The position numbers and the translations under genes are program-made. From NCBI GenBank assembly GCA_965200245.1, contig CBDATS010000005.1:768001-832000 (forward strand): a stretch of DNA of 64,000 bases, written 5' to 3'. The notes under the pieces were generated by a model. The model did not search any database, was not told where the DNA came from, and saw only the letters and a list, made by a program, of their open reading frames with translations. This stretch comes from a bacterium (GTDB lineage: Bacteria; UBA8248). This document shows, piece after piece, positions 1 to 10,088 of this stretch (the stretch's first letter is position 1; every line of letters begins with the position of its first letter).

Positions 1-145
1 CAACATCAGTATCGAAATGGCACAACGAAGCTAATTCCGTTCGAAGTAGCCCCTGATAGCATGCATCCACATGTAGCGTGTCGTCATCAAATTCGCTGGG
101 TGATACTGTTTTCCGAGGGTAGTCCCGCCGCCAGGGAATTTCGCC

Positions 146-832
146 ATGAAAAAATGGAACAGACGAAAACTGCTGAAAAACTTCCTGCTGGGCCTGACCG
201 CGCTCTCTTCAAGCGCTTTTGGGCTTTACAAGAATCTCTCCCCTACGCCTGCCTATGGGGAACTGGGGGAATTCGGAAAATTCCTGATCGCGAAAGGCGA
301 GAAACTCGATGAGGTTCCGCCCAAAAGACGAAAGCCGACAGCTTCGGATTCCATGGGACCTTATTATAAAGAGGGGGCTCCTTTCCGCGGCCGCCTGATG
401 CCTCAGGGAGCACCGGGCTCTCCCATGATCATCCGTGGCCACGTCTACGGGTACGACACTCAAAAACCGCTTGAGGGCGCGACGATTGACGTATGGCAGG
501 CGGATACAAACGGTAGCTACCACGGCATGGGTGAAAAGGGGAATTATCTCTACAGAGCACGCATGCGCACCATACACCAAGGTCTCTATCAGTTCGAAAC
601 TGTGCATCCGGGACGCTACGGCTTTGGCTTCTGGGCGAGGCCGTCACACATTCATTTCTATGTCCGCCATCCCGATTACCAGTCACTGGTTACGCAACTG
701 TATTTTCGCGGCGACCCGAGACTGGGAGACCATGAACAATTGCGGCCCTCTTTGATCATCCCGCTCAAGAAAGTTTCCTGGGGAAAAACCTACGAACTGG
801 GTAATTTCGACATTGTTCTGATGCGGAAATAA
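146..832 (+). CDS. Intradiol ring-cleavage dioxygenase family protein (protocatechuate 3,4-dioxygenase beta-like) with probable Tat signal
   Basis: GPYY, DVWQAD..GSY, ETVHPGRY and RPSHIHF motifs (2 Tyr + 2 His Fe ligands); N-terminal NRRKLLK followed by a hydrophobic stretch. Confidence 0.85.
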   Translation: MKKWNRRKLLKNFLLGLTALSSSAFGLYKNLSPTPAYGELGEFGKFLIAKGEKLDEVPPKRRKPTASDSMGPYYKEGAPFRGRLMPQGAPGSPMIIRGHVYGYDTQKPLEGATIDVWQADTNGSYHGMGEKGNYLYRARMRTIHQGLYQFETVHPGRYGFGFWARPSHIHFYVRHPDYQSLVTQLYFRGDPRLGDHEQLRPSLIIPLKKVSWGKTYELGNFDIVLMRK

Positions 833-879
833 TATCCGACCTTTCCCATCATGGACAGGAAACCTGAAGGATCCGGCAA

Positions 880-2196
880 TCAGTCGTATAGTGCCGATTG
901 AAGTTGCTCGCGTATTTTTTCGGGCTTGATTCCGAAGGCGTGAAGCATGTCCCCGGCTTCACGAATGACCTGATCGATATCCTCATAGATTTTGTATGCC
1001 TTCGTGTAGTCGGGATACTCGAAACCCATGGCTTGGCCGATAATCGTCATGAAATTTTCGACTTGAAATGGCTCATGCTTTTCTATATCGCATAATTCCC
1101 GATGGCAGCTATGATAAACCGTGAGCAGGGAATCCACCTGGGCGCGGCGTGCCGAATCGAAAAGTTTTTCTCGCATCGCCGCTTTCGCCTCAGGGATGAG
1201 CAATGTGGGGCACTGATAGCCGTGATCCGATAGTTGTTCAATTTCCACGAATTCAAGGCCAGGAACCATTTTCAGGATTTTCATGACGTTTTCCTCGACG
1301 CCTTCAGTGCCTCCATGCAAGTGCACGGCCACGCGTTTATCCACCTTTTGGGTAAACTCTTCTCGCAGGGTTTCCAGATTTTCCACCAGATATTGCGTGA
1401 TGTGGATAAACGGCAAGATTTCTTCCCTGCCAAGACCCGGCTCATCCGCAATGGGGAGAACCGGCCTTCCGGTGTAGAGATTTTGATACTCAGAGTATTG
1501 CATCTGGCAAGTGGGACAAAACGTAATGACTCTTTCCGGCGCATATGATTTGAAGTGCGCGAGGGAACGAGCACCCATCGCGGCTCCCGCCTCCAGATCC
1601 CCGCGCCTGATGTGGTTAATTCCGCAACAATGGCCCACACCGCCTGCCACTTCATAATCAAGCCCAAGACGGTCGAAAACATCGATACAGGAGAGCAAGA
1701 TGTGTGGAGTCTGGAGGATATTGCATCCAAAGTAAAACACTGCATCGACATTATCCGCCTCGGAGCCCCGCACGGCGGTAAGGCGCCTGAACTGCTCGGG
1801 TTCGAGTTGCAGTGCCGCCATGAAACGAATCTTCCTGCTCAAATCCTGAAAATAAGCCCGGCTGGTCTTCTGCAGTTCCACTTCTTCCGACTCGATCTTC
1901 TGAAGCTTGAGTCTGGCGTAGGTGAGCATTTCGCGTGGATTGACGTCCTCCGGGCAGGCCTCGATGCAAATCCCGCTTTTTTGACAAGCCTTGGCCCAAA
2001 TCGCCCCTTCCGTTTCGTGAGGACGACCGTTCAGGATGTCAACAACGGATTTCGTTACCCGTTCGGGATCCGCTCCTTTGGCACCCGAATACGGGACCAT
2101 CGGACAGACCTCATAACACTTCCCGCAATACGTACAGGCTTCGGTGATATGAGCGATCTGCGCTTCCATGTAACTCCTGTATACACTCGTTTCCAT
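880..2196 (-). CDS. Fe-S oxidoreductase with 4Fe-4S dicluster and CCG domains (HdrD/GlpC-like)
   Basis: CTYCGKCYEVCP and CQKSGICIEACP; FYFGC, HCCG and FCPTC CCG motifs. Confidence 0.85.
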   Translation of the reverse strand: METSVYRSYMEAQIAHITEACTYCGKCYEVCPMVPYSGAKGADPERVTKSVVDILNGRPHETEGAIWAKACQKSGICIEACPEDVNPREMLTYARLKLQKIESEEVELQKTSRAYFQDLSRKIRFMAALQLEPEQFRRLTAVRGSEADNVDAVFYFGCNILQTPHILLSCIDVFDRLGLDYEVAGGVGHCCGINHIRRGDLEAGAAMGARSLAHFKSYAPERVITFCPTCQMQYSEYQNLYTGRPVLPIADEPGLGREEILPFIHITQYLVENLETLREEFTQKVDKRVAVHLHGGTEGVEENVMKILKMVPGLEFVEIEQLSDHGYQCPTLLIPEAKAAMREKLFDSARRAQVDSLLTVYHSCHRELCDIEKHEPFQVENFMTIIGQAMGFEYPDYTKAYKIYEDIDQVIREAGDMLHAFGIKPEKIREQLQSALYD

Positions 2197-2480
2197 GGTC
2201 TTCCTACATGAAAGTGAAAAATACGGAGAAAATTCTATGAGAGCCTGCGGTCATGGTCAACCAAACGGATGGTGGGCGGCGTTGAGTTTCGTGAAAACGC
2301 CATGCCCTAGTCGGTCGTCTCGCCAAGGGTGTTTTTGACCCGATCCTTTCAATATGCTAGTTAGGAGCCAGTTTCCTGCTTTGTGGATTCGACGTAACAC
2401 CCCTGTGGAAATGGCCTCATACCCACATCTAAATTAACACATGCCATCTGGAACGGAAGGCTTGGAGGAGGTTTTGAGAA

Positions 2481-3989
2481 ATGCCGAATGCTACAGAAAA
2501 GTACGATGTCGTCGTCGTAGGTTGCGGTAATGCCGCCCTTTGCGCATCGCTTGCAGCTCGAGATCAAGGAGCGAAAGCGTTGGTGCTCGAAAAAGCGCCC
2601 GAAGCGTGGCGGGGCGGGAATTCAGCGTTTTCGGGAGGACTTTTCCGCTTCGCCTTCCATAGCATCGAAGACATCTACTCGCTCGTGCCCGATCTTTCAG
2701 ATGCAGAGAAAGAAAATATCGAGATCGACCCCTACACATCTGAAAAATTCTTCGACGATCTGGCCATGCTGACCGAATACCAGACCGATGGAGATCTGGC
2801 TTCCGTTCTGATCCACGAGTCGTTTCCAACCCTGAAATGGATGCAGTCAAAAGGCCTGCGGCTCATTCTCGCGAGCGGTCGACAGGCATTCAAGGTAGAC
2901 GGCAAGATGCGTTTCTGGGGAGGGTTGGTTCTCGAGATCGTCGGTGGTGGCCGGGGGCTTATCGACTCACTCCTCGACGCTGCAAACAACGCCGGCGTCG
3001 AGATTCGCTATGCATCGAAGGCTATGCGACTTATCACCGACCCAATGGGCACTGTGACGGGCGTCGAAGTTAAAGGCCCCGATGGACCCTATATAGTCGA
3101 AACCCACGGGGTCGTTCTGGCATCAGGCGGGTTCGAGGCAAACGCCGAGATGCGCTGCCGCTACCTCGGGCCGGGGTGGGAACTCGCAAAGGTCCGTGGT
3201 ACCCCATACAACACGGGGGACGGCATCAAAATGGCGCTCGATATCGGAGCGCAACCCTACGGCAACTGGAGCGGCTGTCACGCCGTCGCCTGGGATTTGA
3301 ACGCTCCCCCCTTCGGCGACCTCACGGTAGGAGAATCCTACCAAAAACATTCCTATCCGTTCGGTATCATCGTGAACATCGAGGGCAAACGTTTCGTGGA
3401 TGAGGGCGCCGATTTCAGAAACTACACCTACGCAAAATATGGCAGGAACATCCTGCAGCAGCCTCAACGAGCCGCTTTCCAGATATTCGATCAGAAAACG
3501 GTGCACATGCTGCGCGACGAATACCGCATCCGCGAAATCACCAAGGCCGAGGCCAACACGCTAGAAGAACTCGCGAGGCAACTGGAGATCGATGTGGACG
3601 TGTTTGCCAAAACCATTCAGGAATACAATGCCGCCGTTCAGCCGGGCGAATACAATCCGACTATCAAGGACGGCAAACGAACGAAGGGCATCGACCCCCC
3701 GAAATCGAACTGGGCACTTCCCATCGATGAGCCGCCCTATCTCGGTTTCGCTGTCACGACTGGCATAACATTTACCTTCGGCGGCATCCGCGTGACACCC
3801 AAAGCAGAGGTCATGAACACGGAAAACGAGGTCATCCCCGGTCTGTTCGCTGCGGGAGAACTCGTGGGCGGCGTCTACTATTTCAACTACCCGGGAGGAG
3901 CAGGGCTTACCCTAGGTTCCGTATATGGACGGCTGGCAGGTACCGCAGCAGGGCAGCGTGCTGCCGAAGCAAACGCGGCCTCCGCGTAA
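2481..3989 (+). CDS. tcuA: FAD-dependent tricarballylate dehydrogenase TcuA-like flavoprotein
   Basis: VVVVGCGNAA FAD motif, RGGNSAFS, GGFEAN, KVRGTPYNTGDG, GITFTFGG, NYPGG. Confidence 0.8.
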   Translation: MPNATEKYDVVVVGCGNAALCASLAARDQGAKALVLEKAPEAWRGGNSAFSGGLFRFAFHSIEDIYSLVPDLSDAEKENIEIDPYTSEKFFDDLAMLTEYQTDGDLASVLIHESFPTLKWMQSKGLRLILASGRQAFKVDGKMRFWGGLVLEIVGGGRGLIDSLLDAANNAGVEIRYASKAMRLITDPMGTVTGVEVKGPDGPYIVETHGVVLASGGFEANAEMRCRYLGPGWELAKVRGTPYNTGDGIKMALDIGAQPYGNWSGCHAVAWDLNAPPFGDLTVGESYQKHSYPFGIIVNIEGKRFVDEGADFRNYTYAKYGRNILQQPQRAAFQIFDQKTVHMLRDEYRIREITKAEANTLEELARQLEIDVDVFAKTIQEYNAAVQPGEYNPTIKDGKRTKGIDPPKSNWALPIDEPPYLGFAVTTGITFTFGGIRVTPKAEVMNTENEVIPGLFAAGELVGGVYYFNYPGGAGLTLGSVYGRLAGTAAGQRAAEANAASA

Positions 3990-4085
3990 TTCTCCTGTCT
4001 CAGTAGCGAGAAAAGGCTCCCTTCGAACTTAAGTTATACAGCAACTGGAATCCGGGGTGTCGATGCCTGTTTTCAGGCATGAATA

Positions 4086-4664
4086 TCATTCCGTAACACC
4101 GCTCAAGGAGACCGATTCGCCATTCAGGCTCACTGAACTCTTCAGGGGAACAGCGGCCGTCACCATTTGTTCGGCGAAGCATCCTTGCTTCGCGTTCTTG
4201 ATGACAGCCAGAATTTTCTCTGCCGGTTCATCTGATTCCACCTCGAAGTGCGTGCGGACTTCGTTGCAGCCGGAATTCACCGTGCCCTTTAGAACGGAAC
4301 CCCGCAGAAAATAATCGAAATCCACGTGCACTTTCGCATGTGTAAAGGACACTTTCATCATATGCGCGTACCGCGCAAGCTGGGTGAGGAGTCAGAATCC
4401 CACTCCCATCGCGATATAGCAAAGCGGCTGTGGATGGGAATCCTCACCACCGATACGTGGCGGTTCGTCGCAATACACCTCGAAGTGTCTGTGTGTCCCC
4501 AGCTTGAGTTGACCTTTTCCTTCAATCGTTTCGGTGTCGGCGGACATGGTGAAGGCATAGCCCTGCGCGGGGAGTTCCGGCTTGTCGATGGCACGTTCAC
4601 CAGGAACGACGCTGTCTTTACGCGGATCGAGAGGTTCCACTTGTCTTGTCTCCTTTGGTGTCAT
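4086..4664 (-). CDS. OsmC/Ohr-family selenoprotein (Sec at TGA 4392-4394); start may be GTG at 4643
   Basis: ORFs 4392..4664 and 4086..4361 are in one frame, separated by one TGA: CDEPPRIGGEDSHPQPLCYIAMGVGF-U-LLTQLARYA...AKQGCFAE; SECIS-like hairpin follows the TGA; AAGGAG precedes GTG 4643. Confidence 0.85.
4363..4391 (-). promoter_or_regulatory. Putative bacterial SECIS element
   Basis: 14 nt after UGA: UGCGCG-GUA-CGCGCA, a perfect 6-bp stem with G first in the apical loop. Confidence 0.7.
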
Positions 4665-4760
4665 AAGAATGGCGGTAGAAAAACGCTATTATGCATGCAA
4701 GGGTGACGAAAGAAAATCACCTCGGCAATCATTCTCTGATGATCTCAAAGGGGCTATTCC

Positions 4761-5720
4761 GTGAACCGAATCGTAGTACCAGATGATTACCCTTCCGTTT
4801 TCACTGGTAGCAGCGCAGAGGATCGCCTACGGGAAATCGGCGATGCGGAAATACATACCTCGAACCCGCAAACGTCCGAAGAACTCATGAGACGTGTCTC
4901 AAGAGCCGATGGAATCATCAACATCCGGGCTTTTTGCAAGTTCGATGCGGAATTTTTCGCGAACTGTGAAGGTCTCAAGATACTTTCGATCTGGGGAACA
5001 GGCACGGACCATGTCGACTTGGGGGCGGCCGACCGCGCAGGTGTCATCGTATCAAACACGCCGGGTGTGGCCGCCGTTTCGGTAGCAGAGCACACCCTGG
5101 CCTTGATGATGGCTGTGGCGCGCCAGATTCCCGGAAACGATTCCGCCACGCGTGCGGGCGACTGGCCCCGGGGACAGATGAAACAATTGAACGGGAAAAC
5201 GCTTGGCCTCATCGGCTTGGGCGCCATCGGACGTCAAACGGCCCGCATCGCTGCCGGCATCGGTATGAAACTCATCGCCTGGACGTTTCACCCGGACAAA
5301 TATTTCGCTGAAGAGTTAGGACTCGAGTTTGTTGACTTGAACCTTTTGTATGAACGGGCCGACATCGTCTCAATACACGTGCGCCAATCACCAGACACTG
5401 TCGGAATGATTGGTGCGGAAGCTTTCTCCCGCATGGGGCCGAACACAATTCTGGTCAACACTGCACGGGGGCCCGTCGTAGATGAAGACGCGCTTGTTTC
5501 AGCTTTGGAAAATGGAACCCTGGCTGCAGCGGGTCTCGACGTGTTCGACCAGGAACCCTTGCCCGCGAATCATCCGCTTGGAAAACTGGAAAACGTGGTT
5601 CTCTCCCCGCACAATGCGGGCATCACACCCGAAGTGACCGAAGCAGGCCTTCTGATGTCAGTGGAAAATGTCGCCGCTGCCCTATCGGGCAACCCACAAA
5701 ACGTGGTGTATTCACCATGA
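4761..5720 (+). CDS. D-isomer-specific 2-hydroxyacid dehydrogenase (SerA-like, no ACT domain)
   Basis: GTGTDHVD, GLGAIG, VNTARG, LDVFDQEP, SPHNAG. Confidence 0.9.
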   Translation: MNRIVVPDDYPSVFTGSSAEDRLREIGDAEIHTSNPQTSEELMRRVSRADGIINIRAFCKFDAEFFANCEGLKILSIWGTGTDHVDLGAADRAGVIVSNTPGVAAVSVAEHTLALMMAVARQIPGNDSATRAGDWPRGQMKQLNGKTLGLIGLGAIGRQTARIAAGIGMKLIAWTFHPDKYFAEELGLEFVDLNLLYERADIVSIHVRQSPDTVGMIGAEAFSRMGPNTILVNTARGPVVDEDALVSALENGTLAAAGLDVFDQEPLPANHPLGKLENVVLSPHNAGITPEVTEAGLLMSVENVAAALSGNPQNVVYSP

Positions 5721-6154
5721 TCTGCTGGAATGAAATAGACAAACATGTTTTTGTATTCTGTATTCCGCTGCAACGTATCTCTCGCTCAATAAACCTCTGG
5801 CAATTTTGACGCCCGAACGTCAAATGAACCCTTTCGGTATAGCCCGCGTAGCAAAAAAATCGGCACGTCTGAAGAGTCACTGTCAAATCTGTTGTATCGT
5901 CATCCCGAGTTCGATGTTGTTTGTTTTTCGTTCACCTTATTGATGCTCCTTGCCTCGGTGACCACGTCTGCCAGATGACGGAAGCCGCGCAGGCGGCATC
6001 GACCGCGTTAATCATTTCGCTTATTGGATAGCATCCATCATCGTCGGCGTTGAGGTGCCTCTGTGTATAACAACATGCGAATAAAAAAGAAGAATAAAAT
6101 ACAAATCCGCTCCGGGCGGCGCATCAGCACCCTGGAACTGTTTCGTACGTCCGT

Positions 6155-7117
6155 CTACGCGTTATCTGTAACAACATTGACGGGCGTGCCTCTCAGGAAC
6201 GATTCGATGTTCGCCACAGGCACGTCACGAAACCTCGCGTAGGTACCATCCGTAATCCACGCCGAATGCGGTGTGATGATGACGTTATCCAAAGAACGAT
6301 ATACCGAATCTCTCGGCAACGGTTCGAAAGGCTCGAACACGTCCAAGCCCGCGCCGGCGATGCGCCGTTTTCGCAAGGCATCCAGCAATGCATCCTCTTC
6401 CACAATCTGAGCGCGCGCCGTGTTGATGAAAAACGCCGTCTCCTGCATTTGAGCGAAGTTCTCTTTTGTCATAAAAGGCGCGGCACCCGCCGGCAAATGA
6501 AGATGGAGAGACACTACGTCGGCACCGAGACATTCATCGACGGAAGCCGCTTTCGCCCCTTCGGCTTGCGCGCGTTCAGGTGTCATAGAAGGAGAACAGG
6601 TGATGACCCTCATCCCGAAACCCAAGGCCATGCGACAGACCAAGCGAGCGATATGACCGAAGCCGATAAGGGCCAATGTCTTTCCGGCGAGCTCAACCCC
6701 TGGATCCTGAGGCCAGTCACCCTCTTTCAAAGCGGGGAACATGAACGGCATTCTTTTCGCGAGTGCCAGAATCAGCATCATCGTGTGCTCGGCCACGGAC
6801 GCAGCGCTCGCCGCAGGTGTCGTGCTCACCACGATCCCGCGTGCGTTGGCGCGACCCATGTCGATCATGCGCGGGCGTGTGCCCATTACGGAAATCATTT
6901 TGAGATGAGGAATATGATCGAGCAAATCGGTCGACTTGAAGTCGGTCTGGTACCTGGTCGTGAGAATTATCTCCGCATTCTTCAGTCGTTCGCGAAGCAA
7001 TTCTTCGGTGTCGGCATTATCGGTATAATAATGAACGTCACCCAAGACGCGTAATCGCCCAAGAGCTGCGGAATTTTCGAACAACTGAAAACAATCGTCG
7101 GGAATAACGATTTGCAT
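6155..7117 (-). CDS. D-isomer-specific 2-hydroxyacid dehydrogenase
   Basis: GFGHIA, INTARA, LDVFEPFEP, TPHSAW; starts 9 nt downstream of the ABC ATPase. Confidence 0.88.
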   Translation of the reverse strand: MQIVIPDDCFQLFENSAALGRLRVLGDVHYYTDNADTEELLRERLKNAEIILTTRYQTDFKSTDLLDHIPHLKMISVMGTRPRMIDMGRANARGIVVSTTPAASAASVAEHTMMLILALAKRMPFMFPALKEGDWPQDPGVELAGKTLALIGFGHIARLVCRMALGFGMRVITCSPSMTPERAQAEGAKAASVDECLGADVVSLHLHLPAGAAPFMTKENFAQMQETAFFINTARAQIVEEDALLDALRKRRIAGAGLDVFEPFEPLPRDSVYRSLDNVIITPHSAWITDGTYARFRDVPVANIESFLRGTPVNVVTDNA

Positions 7118-7126
7118 CGTGAAGTT

Positions 7127-8206
7127 TTAACTGTCGCTCACGAGAATGACTGCCGCCTTGTCGATGGTCAACCTGACTTTGCTGCCCACGCCAAAGAACT
7201 CATATGGGTCGCCGATGACGCGAAGCGGCTCATTCAGACCCGGCACCTTCACGAGATAGTCCACCGTGCTACCGAAATAATAACCGCGCGTCACTTTGCC
7301 ATCGATCATGTTCTGAGAATCCGTGCCGCCTACATCAGCATTTTCTGAATGCACCTGAATCCGATGAGGCCGAATGGATACGAGTTCTCCTGTTTTTCCA
7401 CCGTCTTCGTTCATCATGAATTTGGCACCGTCGTTCGCCTGAAACAGCCCCGGAGCGCTTATCTTGCCAGGTATCGAGTTCGTTACGCCGACGAACTCAG
7501 CCACGAACTTCGTTGCCGGAGTGTCGTAAATATCGGACGGTTTGCCCACTTGCTCGATCTTCCCGCTATTCATGACGCAAATCCTGTCGCTGGTAACCAT
7601 GGCCTCGGCTTGGTCGTGGGTCACGTAAATGCTCGTGATGTTGAATTCATCGTGCAGACGCCTGATCTCGAAGCGCATCTCCTCACGCAGGTTAGCGTCA
7701 AGGTTCGAGAGCGGCTCATCAAGCAGCAACACTGCCGGTTCGACCACGAGGGCACGGGCCAACGCAACACGCTGCTGCTGGCCGCCCGAGAGTTCTGCCG
7801 GATACCGGGCACCCAGATGATCCATTTGCACGACCGACAGTAAGTTTTTTACACGCTTGTCCGCCTCGTCGCCTGTAATGCCGCGGAATTTCAACCCATA
7901 GCCCACATTCTGGGAGACCGTTTTGTGCGGCCAGATGGCGTAGCTCTGAAAAATCATGCTCATGTTGCGCCGTTCGGGCGGGATGACGCTACTTGCGTTC
8001 GAGACGGTCTCCCCATCCATGACGATCTCACCGCCGTTCGGCTCGATGAAACCCGCTACGAGGCGCAAAGTCGTCGTCTTTCCACAACCCGATGGTCCCA
8101 AAAGAGAGATCAATTCACCGTGTTCGATATGAAGATCTATTTCATCCACAGCCCGAACGTCGGTACCGAATATCTTCAACAAGCCTTTCAAGTCTAAAAC
8201 CGCCAA
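7127..8206 (-). CDS. ABC transporter ATP-binding protein (FbpC/PotA family, TOBE domain)
   Basis: GPSGCGKT, LSGGQQQR, LLLDEP, YVTHD. Confidence 0.93.
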   Translation of the reverse strand: MAVLDLKGLLKIFGTDVRAVDEIDLHIEHGELISLLGPSGCGKTTTLRLVAGFIEPNGGEIVMDGETVSNASSVIPPERRNMSMIFQSYAIWPHKTVSQNVGYGLKFRGITGDEADKRVKNLLSVVQMDHLGARYPAELSGGQQQRVALARALVVEPAVLLLDEPLSNLDANLREEMRFEIRRLHDEFNITSIYVTHDQAEAMVTSDRICVMNSGKIEQVGKPSDIYDTPATKFVAEFVGVTNSIPGKISAPGLFQANDGAKFMMNEDGGKTGELVSIRPHRIQVHSENADVGGTDSQNMIDGKVTRGYYFGSTVDYLVKVPGLNEPLRVIGDPYEFFGVGSKVRLTIDKAAVILVSDS

Positions 8207-8222
8207 CGCAAATCTCCCTTCT

Positions 8223-9968
8223 CTATCCAGCGGAACGCATAAAGTCTCTGCCCACCAAGCGGAAACCGACCCCTATCGCCACCAAAGTGATGAGTAAGAG
8301 CAAGACTCCCAAGGCTGATATGGGACCCAACAACGTTTCTTCATAAAAATCGACGATGACAACCGAGATGACTTTTGTGTTCGTCGTCCAAAGGAGGACC
8401 GAGGCACTCAATTCCCTGAGAGATGGCATGAATACCAATATCCACGACGCGATGACAGCTGTTTTGAACAAGGGAATCGTCACGTCCTTGAAAACCTGCA
8501 ACCGATTCGCCCCCATGATGCGGCAGCTCTCCTCAAGTTCTGGGTGAATACTCGTGAGACCCGCGTTCGATGTCTGATACGCAAGGGGCAGGTATTTGGT
8601 GAGATACGCCAAGAACATGATCCACAGCGTCCCGTAGAGTACGAACGGCTGTTTCGTGTAGGCCGCGAACAAACCTACCGCCAGGACGATGCCGGGGATG
8701 CCAATAGGCGCGGTCGCCATGAATCCCAGATATTGATGTCCCTTGATGAGCTTGCGCTGCGCAATGAAAGCGGATATCGCAGCTACTATCGTGGCGCCAG
8801 TCGCAGACATGATGGCAAGGAGAACCGTATTGTAGATCGACACTCTCACCGCATCATTCGTCAGGATGAAATGATAATTCCACAAGGTGAAATTCGACCA
8901 TACCAGTCCACCACCCAGGTTTTTCATGAACGAAGTGGTCAGCAAAGAGAATCCGGGCAGTACAATGGCGCAAACGAGCGGGATCAGACAGAGTATGAAA
9001 ATGGGTATTCGCCAAACGCCCAGCTTTTGCGGTCGCCTCTGACCTCCCTTGCCGCCAACGGTGGCGTAACCCCTGCGACCCAGAACAACGCCCCGCGTCC
9101 AGACCATACCGATTGCCAAAATAAGCATGGGCATAGCGTAGGCCGAGGCTAGTCCGAGAAGATCGTCTTCGGAAACCATGAAAGCGCGTAACTGGGTCGT
9201 CATCGTGTGCTGACCTGCAGGAATAGCCAAAACCGCGGGAATACCAAAAAGAATCATCGCTTCCAACGCGGCCAGGATGAACCCGGCAAACAGAGAGGGT
9301 GCCACGAGCGGTAAAGTGATGCTGAACATGGTGTGAAACGTACCGCCTCCCGCCACGTTAGCCGCATCTTCCACATCCGATGAGATATTGTTCAAGCCTG
9401 CCAAAACAACAATAAAGACGAGGGGGAACGTGTAGAGCGACATGGCGAATATAACGCCCTTCATCGTGAATATGTCGAACAGATAAAACTCTTCGCTTAG
9501 CCCAAATATCCAGCGAATCAAATTGTTTAGCCACCCTTCGTTTTTTCCCGCCAAGAATATCCAGGCGATGGCACCCAGGAAAGGTGGTGTAACGAAAGAA
9601 GCCAGGATGCCGTTTCTGATCAAGTTCGGGCAAGGTATATCCGTTCGGCTGACCACCCAAGCCATTACTGCCCCTACCACCAGTGATATGCCGCCTACAG
9701 AGATGGCGAGCATCATCGTGATGTATATCGGCTTGTAGTACTCCGTGGTCTTGAAAGCATCGATATAGTTCTGGAACGTGAAACCACCAGCCTCGTCATC
9801 AGATACAAAGAAGCTTTCCTTAAAAAGCTGAAAGATGGGATTCGCCACCAGGATGATCAAAAGAATGAAGATCACCACCCAGACAATGACGGTAAAATCG
9901 AATTTTCTCGTGGCCGAGGGACTCTGCCCCGACATCATTCCAGGGAGTTGTTGTGCATCCTGCGTCAT
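8223..9968 (-). CDS. ABC transporter permease (FbpB/AfuB-type, fused double TM domain)
   Basis: Multiple TM segments; two EAA-like loops (VEDAANVAGG, LEESCRIMGA). Confidence 0.9.
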   Translation of the reverse strand: MTQDAQQLPGMMSGQSPSATRKFDFTVIVWVVIFILLIILVANPIFQLFKESFFVSDDEAGGFTFQNYIDAFKTTEYYKPIYITMMLAISVGGISLVVGAVMAWVVSRTDIPCPNLIRNGILASFVTPPFLGAIAWIFLAGKNEGWLNNLIRWIFGLSEEFYLFDIFTMKGVIFAMSLYTFPLVFIVVLAGLNNISSDVEDAANVAGGGTFHTMFSITLPLVAPSLFAGFILAALEAMILFGIPAVLAIPAGQHTMTTQLRAFMVSEDDLLGLASAYAMPMLILAIGMVWTRGVVLGRRGYATVGGKGGQRRPQKLGVWRIPIFILCLIPLVCAIVLPGFSLLTTSFMKNLGGGLVWSNFTLWNYHFILTNDAVRVSIYNTVLLAIMSATGATIVAAISAFIAQRKLIKGHQYLGFMATAPIGIPGIVLAVGLFAAYTKQPFVLYGTLWIMFLAYLTKYLPLAYQTSNAGLTSIHPELEESCRIMGANRLQVFKDVTIPLFKTAVIASWILVFMPSLRELSASVLLWTTNTKVISVVIVDFYEETLLGPISALGVLLLLITLVAIGVGFRLVGRDFMRSAG

Positions 9969-10038
9969 ATGCCCATGTATCCTTCTAGCTTCCAGGCGCC
10001 ATATAATTCTCTGGCCATTCCCATCGTCAAAATAACAA

Positions 10039-10081
10039 AGCGGGAGCGATTTCCTGGGTTATGCAAGAAACCGCTCCCGCT
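10039..10081 (-). terminator. Intercistronic stem-loop between the SBP and permease genes (attenuator or mRNA stabiliser)
   Basis: AGCGGGAGCGGTTTC...GAAATCGCTCCCGCT inverted repeat followed by TTGTTATTTT on the minus strand. Confidence 0.65.
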
Positions 10082-10088
10082 CATGCTT

